64,000 nt of DNA from assembly GCA_973851085.1 (NCBI GenBank), contig OZ316775.1, forward strand, positions 2,604,001 to 2,668,000, written 5' to 3'. The notes under the pieces are model-generated. The model made no database searches, was not told the origin of the DNA, and saw only the letters and a program-made list of their open reading frames with translations. Each line of letters begins with the position of its first letter. Position 1 is the stretch's first letter. Positions 48,168-60,219 of the stretch are shown piece by piece. The DNA comes from Ptychomitrium polyphyllum (taxonomy: Eukaryota). The position numbers were made by a program, and so were the translations under genes.

Positions 48168-50406
48168 TCAACCCAATGCCACTGATACTCTTCTTCTGCC
48201 CACTGCAGCACTTGAAGGAGAAGCAGGCTCATCCATTTGTCTAGCCACACGAACCATCTCCAGCACATGGTCCACTATTACACCATCAATCCCCCAACTT
48301 TGTTGCTTCGTAACTGCTTCACCAACATTGCTGCAAAGAAGGAAAAAATATTCCCACCGGGTCTAAGTTCAAGGTGAACAAAGAAAAAGAATCAATGACA
48401 GTTTCAAAACCATGGAAGGCAAAATTATGATGAACTAGAGAGAAGTTGTGCACATGGTAAGAAACTACTCACTTCAACTCGCCGTAAGTGAAGAAGAACA
48501 GCCCTTGATCCTTGACAAGCTGAACAACGGCTGGGTTTTGCAAAACTGGTTTCACTTCACTCACAATTCCTTGCAAGTTCCCTTGTTTGCACACTTGAAT
48601 GGCTGCTTCAATCGAGTTCCTTCTGGGGTCGTTGAAGATCTGGCTTCCACCATCGGTGAGGAAGAACACTGGGTACACCGACATCTTCTTCCGCAGAATC
48701 TGCACAGCGTCCGGGTGGAAACTGGAGAAGTAGATCATCCTCCCATTTGCAAACTGCCGCACATCCTCCAGAACCGCATCAATCACTCGGTACAGCTCCT
48801 CCACAGTCGTTGAACAACCGCCATCAAACTTAAGTTCTATGTTGAACCCCACCGTGGCTTGCACTTGAGCAAAGGCCTCCTCCAGAGTGCACATGCAATC
48901 CTCCACATCTGCTGTCCATAAGACTCTTGAACCGTCCACAGTTTTTCGGTACAGTGCCAACCCAACCTGAATGATCCAACATCTTAATTCAAAAATGTTT
49001 GTATCAAGAGCTAAAGTGCGACCACAAAAGTTAACCGAAAAAGAAAAAAGGAAAATGTTTGGTCTTAGTATGGAAGGGGGTGGATACCCACCTTGCTGGG
49101 ATCACTTTGAGGTCCTATAGCACGAAACTCGTCAAGGGTGAGTTCACCGATGTGTCTAGAATTTTGATCTTCGGTGATGATGACGTCATCATGAAAAATG
49201 ATCGGAATGCCGTCTTTCGTCACCTGAACATCAAACTCCACAAACTGGGCGCCGTTTCTGGCAGCCAGATTGAAGGATGTGATGGTGTTCTCTCGGATGG
49301 AGGGTCTGCCCTCGGGAATAACGCCCAAGGGAAGGACCTTGTTCTTGCCACAGCCGCGGTGGCCGACCACCACTAGCATTGACGAAGAGCTGTCTGGCGC
49401 TATGTATGTAGTGTCCTCTGTAACAAGCAACAACAGATCATTTCAGTATTGTCGAAGTTTGGCATCAATCAAACCGGAAAGAAGAGATCAATCATATGGA
49501 CTTTTATCCATACTACATAAGCAGCAGACTCACCGCTAGCCCCAGGAGCGTAGGAGTTTGACCGGATGGAACTCATATCAAGGAATAAGTCTTGGCTATG
49601 GCTTTCCAAAGCAGGCAATGTAGCCTTTGCCGAAGCTGCACAAAGCAACAAACTCAAGATCACAACATTGAATTTCGACAAAAAGTTTGCAGTTCAAGAT
49701 TATGCTTATGCACGCAACAATGACTGCTCTCTTCAGAGCTTCCGAAAATAACTGTACTTCGCAATCATCACATCGGAAAATTAATGGAAAAAAACTACAC
49801 AACCACGATATCACGATGAACTCGACCGCAATTACTCACCAGCCGCTTCGCTTGCGATGATCATCGCTCCTGAGCGCTTGGGCCTGGAAGCCGCGCCGGT
49901 ACTAACACTACTTGACAATCCCCCAAACTGCGACTTTGCAATCGAAAAGTCTAGGGAGGTGGAAACACTAGAAGCAGGACCACAGCGAATCGCCAGAGCG
50001 ACCCTTGAAACTCACAAAAAACAGCATGGACCTCTCACTGCATCAGCTTCGCAATCCCAATGAACCAGATACTCCCTCCACTGCAACTACAAATGCACTG
50101 ATCTCACGAACTCAAAAAAACCAAATCTCAAACTTCACCAAAACTGCAAGCTTTGCACAGACCACTAGACTCAATCAAACGATCTCACTACGCAAACTGC
50201 CAACTGCTTGTCAATGCAGACACGCCCAAAGAGTGGAGAAACAACAAAAAGAGCTACATGGGAATGATTGAAGCGTGATGGCACCACGGATGCAGAGTGT
50301 GGGTTGCGGGGTGGCATTTGTAGGCAGTGTTGCGGAAGCGCGTCGCCGTCGTAGTGAGCCATCCATGATGGTCCCGGCGACGAGCAGCTGGAATCTCCGG
50401 GAGCAT
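48168..50406 (-). CDS. GDPD: Glycerophosphodiester phosphodiesterase (GDPD1-like) with transit-peptide-like N-terminus
   Basis: Exons (50406)-50258, 50003-49840, 49635-49534, 49417-49092, 48966-48473, 48330-48168 in frame. Motifs [54 protein letters not shown]. The start codon is uncertain. Confidence 0.93.
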
Positions 50407-50456
50407 CTTGAAATCTTTTTCCTCCTGTGGAAACTGCTTCGGGGATCTTCGGGGGA

Positions 50457-50464
50457 GCATATTC
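50457..50464. promoter_or_regulatory. P1BS (GNATATNC) PHR1-type phosphate-starvation element upstream of GDPD
   Basis: GCATATTC about 50 bp upstream of ATG 50406. Plant GDPDs are known Pi-starvation-induced genes. Confidence 0.55.
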
Positions 50465-50726
50465 TGGTGCCATCGGAGAACTCGTCGGGAGCGTCATCCG
50501 GTCAAATGCACGCTGTGCTCCCCCAGGGGGGCCCCGCAACCGCCACGTCACCGCTTTTGGTGCTGAGCGTTGGGTGAAGTTCCCAGTGCGTCTTGAGGAA
50601 ACTTCGTGCCTTGCACAGCAGGCGGAGGATAGAGTCACATCCACCAAAATGCCAATAAAAGCTGATGAACCTTCAATCTGTGAGTCCAATTTGGACATGT
50701 TGCAGAGCTTAAGGTGTGCTACACTT

Positions 50727-50815
50727 ACACATGTACACGTACATGTACATGTGTATGTATGTGTACATGTACACACACACACATCTCTATATATATGCGT
50801 ACACGTACATATACA
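50727..50815. repeat. Degenerate alternating purine-pyrimidine (AC/GT/AT) microsatellite
   Basis: acacatgtacacgtacatgtacatgtgtatgtatgtgtacatgtacacacacacac... Confidence 0.8.
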
Positions 50816-51055
50816 TTCGAGTTTTTGATAATGAAAAATAAAACCCTATCATATTTTCAGATCCATTCTTGCAAATTTTTGGATCTATTCCTTGCACATC
50901 ATAGATATCTACTTCAAGCATATCTATTCCTACAATTTTTATCCTTAAATTGAACAATCACAGATATGAATTTTGTTACTTAAGGTGTATTAGATTTTCA
51001 AAGAAACAAATACAAGATTCCTTCTTTTTTATAAAATAATATTACTAATAATAAG

Positions 51056-51088
51056 AATCATAATCATAATCATAATCATAATCATAAT
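51056..51088 (+). repeat. (AATCAT)n microsatellite, about 5 units
   Basis: aatcataatcataatcataatcataatcataat. Confidence 0.85.
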
Positions 51089-52471
51089 AGTTTTAAAGTT
51101 TGATTTTTTGGAATATTAGTCTTTGAAGGTTATATACAAAGCTGTTTAACTTTAGGTGGTTTTTTTACTTGTTTGAACAAAATATTTGAAGCAAAAGATT
51201 TTTCATATGACCTTCTTTCAAAATTTATATTCTAATATCTAGCATAATTTACATTTAAAGATAAAAGCTTCTATCAAATATTTTTTTGGGATTTGGTTTC
51301 TACTTTACAAGAATAAGTTGGTTTGGAAGAATGCATTTGAATTTACAACATGCTTCAATGGAAATTGATTCACCATGCTCATATCCAATTATATTAAAAC
51401 TATAGAAAATCTTCTTTTAATATTTTGTTCAAACAAATAAAAGAATCATAGAAAATGGAAATATGGTTCTTTTAATTTGATACTTGACAAGGAAAAAAAT
51501 GAGAATTTGTTTTATCCAATGGTATTATATTTCAAAACTCAATGGATTAAAACTACATCATATATTATTGTTCTATGCTTGGTTTTTTGAAACTACTTTG
51601 ACTTTTCTAAGTTTAATTTGTATTATTGAAATTTTATATAATAAATAATGAAGTTTTAAACTTATGATTAAATTAATAGGTTTTCAAAAGTTGAACCAAT
51701 CTTTAAAGGTTACATATCTTCTTTGATATTAAAAATTATTACACTATGCATTTTATACAACATCAATAAGATTAATCTTAGAATTTTGAATAAATAAAGA
51801 ATTACATGCTATTTTTAAATGAAGCAAAATAATTTTATAGAATTAATCTTTTGAGACTTAACAATTCTATACACAATAGTCTATACTATTTTTTAATCCA
51901 TGATATATAGGTGAACAACTTATAATCTTAGTATTTGTACATGATAAGATTGTTTTGTTGTTTGTCCCAAATTTTAATATTCTTCACTAACCTTTTTAAA
52001 TACCTTTGCTTCAAAAGAATTATTTCAACATTCAAAGATATTGTTTTATTGCATAAACTTATTCAAATGAAGATTGAAAGAGTCTTTGATGATAAAAGAC
52101 ATGTAGAAATGAATGCATAAAGGTTTGAGTCTAGTTTGATGATTAGGCACACAAACTTCCTTTAATAAATAAAAAGATAAGATTTTGACAATTTAATTAT
52201 AGTTTTGAATGATGAAACTATTCCAATAAAAGAAGATGATTTGAACTGGTATTGAAGAATGTTAAGCCAAATCCTTAAATGGGAAAGCCTATAATTGTAG
52301 AATTAGAACACATAATATTATATATGCATATTATTTTCTTTTGCAATTGAAGCATCAATCCAATAGTAGCATGAGGTTTATAATTCATGGACCATATCTA
52401 AGCTCATGACATGGTTGAATGCTTAGATGCTTGGATGCTTGGAGAAGCCTATAATTGTAGAGCTAAACATG

Positions 52472-53242
52472 CATCCAACCATCCAACCATCCAAACATCC
52501 AAACATCCAAACATCCAACCATCCAAACATCCAAACATCCAAACATCCAAACATCCAAACATCCAACCATCCAAACATCCAACCATCCAAACATCCAAAC
52601 ATCCAAACATCCAACCATCCAACCATCCAAACATCCAAACATCCAAACATCCAAACATCCAAACATCCAACCATCCAAACATCCAACCATCCAAACATCC
52701 AAACATCCAAACATCCAACCATCCAACCATCCAAACATCCAAACATCCAAACATCCAAACATCCAAACATCCAAACATCCAACCATCCAAACATCCAACC
52801 ATCCAAACATCCAAACATCCAACCATCCAACCATCCAAACATCCAAACATCCAAACATCCAAACATCCAACCATCCAAACATCCAACCATCCAAACATCC
52901 AAACATCCAAACATCCAACCATCCAACCATCCAACCATCCAAACATCCAAACATCCAAACATCCAACCATCCAAACATCCAAACATCCAAACATCCAACC
53001 ATCCAACCATCCAAACATCCAAACATCCAACCATCCAAACATCCAAACATCCAAACATCCAAACATCCAACCATCCAACCATCCAACCATCCAACCATCC
53101 AAACATCCAAACATCCAACCATCCAAACATCCAAACATCCAAACATCCAAACATCCAAACATCCAACCATCCAACCATCCAAACATCCAAACATCCAAAC
53201 ATCCAAACATCCAAACATCCAAACATCCAAACATCCAAACAT
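52472..53242 (+). repeat. 8-bp tandem array CATCCAA(A/C), 96 units
   Basis: Uninterrupted 8-bp period with variation only at the last base (hand count 65 A-type, 31 C-type). It explains the five overlapping repetitive ORFs. Confidence 0.98.
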
Positions 53243-56200
53243 GAGGGTGAGTTGCTTAATCTGCTCAATCTTGGGGTCTGTTTGCACTAAGAACCTGTTC
53301 ACAAGAAGATAAGTTAGAAGCTAGACTTTGAGATCCTGCTTTGCACATCACATGAGTAATGTGTGCTTACCAAAGGTACATTGAGAGCATGTGATGGTCA
53401 TACTTCATTGGTGATGTTGTTCTCATTCTGATTCCTGAATATTAGGTACTCCAATTATTGCTGTTAGTGGGAGTCTCATTAATTGAGAAGTTTCACAGTA
53501 ATTTAAAATCAGAAGAAGACAGGAGTTGGAGCCACAGTATTAGAGAATAATTTTATAATACTATTTTCGGAACTATGATAGACACGTGTCAAACATTTTG
53601 ATAACGGGATATTGTAGAACGCTATTTTAGTATAATGTTGTTTCCCTAATTTGACAAATCTTTATCAGAATTAGTGTGAACCGGAATTAGTGTGAATCCT
53701 TACATCAGTACAATTCTGGGCCTTATAAGGTGGAACATAAAACATCAACGGAAAGATGGAAATCACTTTGGTAAGTATAATGAAGGATAGCACTAGCTTG
53801 AGGTACAGCCATGTTACAAATTTATGCCTAGGTATGACTGTGTTCTTATGAGGTGATCAGAATCCTTACAACAGGCAATGTGACCTCCACAGCATAGTAG
53901 TACCAGGTCAGTTCATTTAGCATAGGATGGTTGAAGCCACCAAGATGTGCAATGCTGAAGTTGCTAGGTTGTGCAGGACACTTCTCCTGTATGAGTTACA
54001 ACCCCTGGTCACAAATTCCCTTCGTGGTTGTCTTACTATTACACATGCAACTCTTTGTGAAAACGTTCTTATGTGCCTTTAAAATGTACCAAACCAGATT
54101 AGTTATTTGATCACTTTCAACATGGTATTATTTCAATGATTGATAGAAACATTAAGTGTTGTAAGTGAGGTGTTAACTTGTATTCAACAACACTTTCAGT
54201 TTGCCATTCTCCACAAGAGTAACATGCTGTGCTCTGGAATTATGCCATCAGGATCTTAATTTGGTGAAATATCACCCCTGTTTACACCTAGATTCTTTAG
54301 GGTGGCCTTAGGGGCTCGCATTGGTGGAGAGTAGTGGTATTTCTTAGTTGGATGTACACTAAGTAAAATGTGGGCTTTTTCTAAAGCAAAGAGTTTACTT
54401 GGAATCCTACATGATATATGTGAATGGTGTTTTCTAAGATTTATTGAGACTAATTTCTATTAATGTAAGGAGGTTTCTAATCATAAAGGTCAGATTTAAA
54501 ACTCAAATATTAATTACTCGGAATCTTAAAATAAGTCAATTTTTTTTTGAATTCTAAATAGCTAATTCTCTTAGTATAAATTACTACACTTGAAAATCAA
54601 GGAAGAGTTTAAGATTATACATTTTTTTGATTTTGAACTTTGTAGGTATCACTAATTTTACATCCGTTATGCTTTCATCCATTGTTGTTGTATTGCAATG
54701 GTTTCTATTCTTATATATGCATTAATTATTTGCAACTTGTTTAAGAAATGAACAAATCCAACTCTTTGGATTTTTGTTGAAATTTAAAGATTTTAGACCC
54801 TTTTTATGACAAAAGAATATTCAATTCATTAATGTACACAAATCTTAGGCCTTAGAGATATTTGTGATTTGATTATCTAAAAAGTAATAAAAAAACAATG
54901 TTTGGAGAAAAATTAGTTACATCTTTCAAACTAAACCTCAAGCTCATAAGTTTATAGAACGCTTCACCTTTCAATTGTATAATTTTTTTTAATTATATGT
55001 GTAGGATTCCACCAAATATACCAATTCTTACAAATTTGAAATGTATTTCCTTTTTCAAAGTCATTCTACATTCAATATAGGATAATTGATTCTTAAGTTA
55101 TAATTGCAAGTATGTCCAAAATTAATCAATACCATATAACTTCATCATCAAGATTGAAAAGATTTGGATTTTATTTCTTATGCACTTATTTTTTTATAAA
55201 ACTTTGATCATTTTTATAGCATCAATTCATTCTTGCATTTATTAAGAATTCTCATTTCACTTGTAACGAAGAAAAGCACCAAATTTAAACAAAACTCACA
55301 TGCTTATAAATGGTCAAAGTTTATTGACTTTTACTTTTAAAATTATTTTTTTGATGTTCAATTTTTATCCAATATTGAAAAGTTTCATAAAATGATCTTG
55401 TTTATTAGATGAATAACAAAATTTTGAGTAATGGCTATAGTTTGAAGGGTTATTTATAATTGAAGCCCTTTTTAGTATTTATCTCATTTTTCAAGAAAAA
55501 GAAGCTCCACCTCCATGAATCATGCCAAGGGACCGAAGTAAGTTATTCAAGAATACTACCCTCAGACAAAAGAATGCAACAAATCCTAATTTGGAGAAGG
55601 GAGTGGAGTAGCTTTGGGCACTTAGGATAAACTAAGGATTAGTTTGGGGAGCTCGATTACCTCCACGGAGGTCCAAAGTTCAAAGTTCAAAGTTCAAGGC
55701 TCTCGAAGAACACAAAGGCTTCTCACTGGTGCACACAAATACACTCCAAAACTCATATTTACTCCTTTCCATGGAGTTCCAAAAAACCTTCCTTTTTGGG
55801 TCTCCAATAATGGATAACTTTGGGGTCTCTGTGCTGTTCTACACAGGCATACCAATTTTCCTCACTGACATCCTGCAGAGGCCTGCATTTCTCACCTTGC
55901 CTCTTCAGCTACGCCACCAGTCCATATAAACAGCTGCTTAGGACGTCTCCATTCTTCATTAGACCAGTCACCACCAATTAATTCGAACACCTTTCCTGAT
56001 GCCAGGCACAATCATTTATAATGATGTCCACTATAGCTTCATTTGATGTGTGTGTAACTCCAGTACACTAATAATTGCAAAAACCAACATAACGTATTTT
56101 AGCTGATGACTCTGCACCACAGTGTGTAATACTTCTCCAAATATTTCTTCTCCGAACGTTATACACTATACAGTATGATACCTCAGCAGATGTTTCACTA

Positions 56201-59200
56201 TGGTAGTAGTGCATGGTCATGCTACTCAAAAATGTTACATTTGAATCATAGGCATGACGTATTGTCGCACTAATTATGGTATTAGGACAAAGTATAAGTT
56301 ACAATGGTTAGAGTGCTTTGGTAGTATAGCTATAGTCTAGCCCGCATTACTATTTAATATCCGAACTAGGATGAGAATGTAATAATAATAATATGACATT
56401 GTTATAATGACAGTTTTAATAATTGAAAATTATCATCATTATTTCACTGAATACTATTGTATAATACCATGTTTTTACCATATTTTTACGTTTATTCAAA
56501 AAAGTGTGTATTACAAACTTAGAATTAGTGTGAAGATGGGTGTAAATTGTCGCACTAATATTGGAGCATAGGGAATAGAGTGTGAAGCTAAGTAATTTAA
56601 GGATGAACATAGGTTCCTAGTGCAATTCGAGCTTCTGTAGGGCCTTATACTTAACATAGGTTAATTTTACTAACTCATCCATAGAATACCCACTTTCGAA
56701 ATTGTTACACAGTAACTTAAGTTCCCTAATAATGTTAAGAATAGGTGTACTCGGTTGATAACTCCTTACAACTCAATTCAAAATTGTACTATGCACTACT
56801 GTAGGTGGAGGGCAAGTTCATGCAGTCCAAAACAAACAATCAATCAAAGTTGGGAAATGAGGTTCATCCCAGTTTTCAAAGTTACTGAGGACTCATCCAC
56901 TGGGATGAAAAGAAGTGCACTTTGGATGATTGCCAACAATTCTGGATGAAAATAGTACGTTTTAGATGAATAACGTTTCAAAAAAGTAAGTACCATTATT
57001 TACGTTTCCATTTTCTGGCACCAATAATTCACACAAACAATTCAATTTATGTTGAACAATTCCTGAAACACTTAAGTACGACCCTGCCCTCGGGGTGCGG
57101 CACTCCACAAACTTAGCATACAGTCGTGAGTTCTATGCACACTCCAAGAAATTACTGGTCACATGTTACAACAACTCTGGCAGCTGCCATGTGACCCTTC
57201 ACGGGACACCTGTGTGATAATATCGCTTAAATTTTGCCAACCATCCCTAGGTGAAATCTCTACGTTTGCAACGCAGTGCCATTTCAACACCTTGATGCAC
57301 CGCAAAAGCTGCAGGTAACCTACAGTCTACCGCAGATGTCGAGTTTCCCAGATCTGCAGGACCATCTCATCACAAACCTGGCCTAGAGCAGCACAGTGGA
57401 GGCAGCTTTGTCCCAACTTGCTGCTCTCATCATGTGATGCTTTCCACAAGAGGCTCAGAGAACAAAGATTCCGAAGGTTCCGGACCATGATTGAATGGAT
57501 AGAAGGGAATGCAGAACCGGTTTTATGTTTTTCGTGTGGGTGGAGAAAGCAGCCAAGGCCATGCTTTACGCGGTTGGGTCTTTCCCATGCTGACATGCCG
57601 AGCTGGATGCTCATGAAGCCACTTATCTGCCCACGCGTGATGCCTGCCACTGTTTTTTTTGGAGGACGAAGCCACCAGTTTGTCTCTGTTCGTTATGGCT
57701 CCGGCAATCCTAAACCCGCCAGGGCCTCTATTCTGTCACCTAGGAAATCCTCAACACCAAGGTCATGCTGGCCTGCTGAATCTTCAAGGGCTGTAGGATC
57801 CATTAGAGTTTTATGTTTTCTGGAGCTCCGTCATTTTGTGTTTCTGTTGCGTCTCTCTAACAAACAATAGCCCCCCATGCAACAAACTATGATACTCGTA
57901 TTACAACATTGTTTGTTTGAAGGAGTGGTTAGGGGAGCTTTGATTTCTAAACATGTATTAGGATTGGCTTGGCTTGAGGGGAGCTTGGTTAGCTTGGAGG
58001 AAGTTCAAAGTTTGAAGTTCTCTCACCATGCTCCACATCATTGAGGCTCTTCACTGGTTCATCAAAACATTTTGTTTATATTTAGTTCAATCTTTTGCTT
58101 CATTTTTATTCTTTCATTTTATTCCATCTTCTAATTCAAAGTAGAATAAAAATCACTTACATACTCTAATCTAAAGTATTCAAAATATTCTTGAAACATC
58201 ATTGTAAAGCAATGTTTGCTATTTTTCAATGTTTTTTAATTTATATAAAGTATCGTGTTTATTCTTTCATTGACATATAAGAAATTACTTTACTTTAATG
58301 ATCACATATAAGTTTCTTATGCTTCATTTAAAGAATTCAAATTCCATTAGAAATAATTTCATCCAAAAGATTTCTAAATAATATATGATAAATAACATTT
58401 TATACTAGTTCTAAATTACAATAGTGCTAATTCTTTCTTAGCCCTTCCAAAGTATGTATTGAATTTGCTATTCACATAACATTTTTTAATGACTTTGTGA
58501 TTCCATCTTTAAAAGAAATAATTTCATTATCCAAAGATACAATTTCATCAAAATGATCCGTTAAGTAGAACTCATTCATGTTGTGTTTCTAAAGAGTTTT
58601 AAAAAAAAAAATAGTAGTCTTTAACAATTAATGCTATAATCATTAAAGCACTCCAGATTTAGAAAGGTGGTTAAAGAAGCACCTCGGACAGTTTAAGGAT
58701 TGATTTGGAAAGTTTGGTTAATTTTGAAGACGGTCAAAGTTCAAGGCTTCATATCCATTATAACTCTATTGTTAAAACCTTACAATGCATAAGATTAGGA
58801 AATTTTGTGCCAAACCACCAAACTAAACTTATACCTTCATGCATTGAGGTTGTTGGAACCCTTGCTTCCACCACTTAATGCAACTTCATGCAAGTCTTCA
58901 ATACTTAATACTATGTATGTACTTTAGGATGAGTATAAAAATAACTAAATGAACATTGCACATGGGACCCTCCATTGCAAGGGAAGTTAGGGAAGCAGCA
59001 AGATTAAATTAAATTGATAGATAATTCTACAAGTGAAAATGTATTGTGGACAGCAAGGTGGGCGAGAGGGGTCTCAACAGCACCCGTATTCTTCGTTACA
59101 TGTCATGACTACCTTTTGTTGTTGATTCCCCGCTTTGCAAGGTGGGAGTGAGTTGCTTTAACCTGTAAAGAATGCTATGTGGCGCATTGTAACCGAATTC

Positions 59201-60219
59201 TCAAGTAAATCCCTGAAAGGGATTTGAGGAATCTCTGAATCTCAAGTGAACCTCGAAACGTGCAAACTTGATAAGCACATTAGTATCCAAGTGGTGGCAT
59301 GGGCCTGTTCATGGGTAAGCTTTCTTGCGACTTCGTTCTCTGTGTCATTCTTCATGTGGGCACAATGCTGCAAGTTTGAGTGTTAGGAAGCAGATGAGGA
59401 ATCCTGGCAGCTGCCACTAAATGCCCTGGGTTGTTCAATTGAAGGCCACCTTGCATGACTAAGTATCAGCATCATTCTTGCAGAGATCCTTGATTGAGGG
59501 CAGACGCAGGTCTCACATGTGAGGAAACACTCACGGATTGACATTTGTGGACGGGGATGAGCGAATTGCCTTCATTCCTATTTCAAACGAAAAAAAAAGT
59601 AAATTGTGTCTTTCATCTTTCTTTCAAGGCAAACTGATCAAGTTACAGTTGAGTTCCAATCATTGGTGACATCCTTGTTCAGTCTACCATTCACTAATCT
59701 TGAAGATTGTGGTAAGGAGATTCAGTATCAAAAATCTACAATAAGCCAAGAAATCAATCTATAAATTATTACAACTTCAGAGAATACGAATGAATGCGTT
59801 AGATCTAACTAATTGGGATTAGCGAGATCCAGCTCAGCATAATCAGACTGAAATGCAAGTGAAGTAGAATACAGAAGGGAAGTTACTAGCAAATAAAGAC
59901 CGGCCGACAGAAAAGCAAAGAAAAGATTTACACCTATGTATAGATATATGATTGAAGCAAGGTAACTCTAGAATAATGGCAAGGGTTAATAACTCAAGAT
60001 CCTTTTTGGAATCTAAGTTTCTGTCAGAATGTAAAATCAAAGCTTCAATCTAATAATGCTAAAGATATGTCAGTGGACATTTCCTGAAATATCAGTAGAA
60101 AGGCAGATCTTATCAATCGTCAACACCATGAGTTCTAAATTACGATACAAAGCTACACTTGGGGCGCGTGTGTCAATTTTCCTACTTCTAGAAAGGGAGA
60201 GAGTTCAGTTTGTTCTTTG

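Larger units (their letters stand above)
50820..58900. mobile_element. Gene-free, largely AT-rich block with satellite and dispersed repeats, probably nested TE relics
   Basis: About 8 kb with no recognisable gene, AT-rich stretches, the 8-bp array and three diverged copies of one motif (55633, 57959, 58694). No transposase or RT motif recognised. Confidence 0.35.

Noticed and set aside
49469..49681. Apparent signal-peptide [21 protein letters not shown]
   Set aside because: TTG start. The hydrophobic part is the polypyrimidine tract and acceptor of a GDPD internal exon (49635-49534).
50171..50828. 203-aa and 133-aa ORFs upstream of GDPD
   Set aside because: They begin or end in a dinucleotide microsatellite (CTCT/HVHV runs) and cross the GC-rich promoter and first exon, with no recognisable domain.
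52411..53302. Five long overlapping ORFs (HPNIQTSK / MFGCLDVW repeats)
   Set aside because: Artefact of a stop-free 8-bp tandem repeat that is open on both strands, with no unique coding flank.
55659..55672. Short hairpins (ACCTCC-AC-GGAGGT here; AAATCCCT-GAA-AGGGATTT at 59207-59225) as Helitron 3' ends
   Set aside because: No CTAG at the expected distance and no matching 5' TC end or Rep/Hel sequence.
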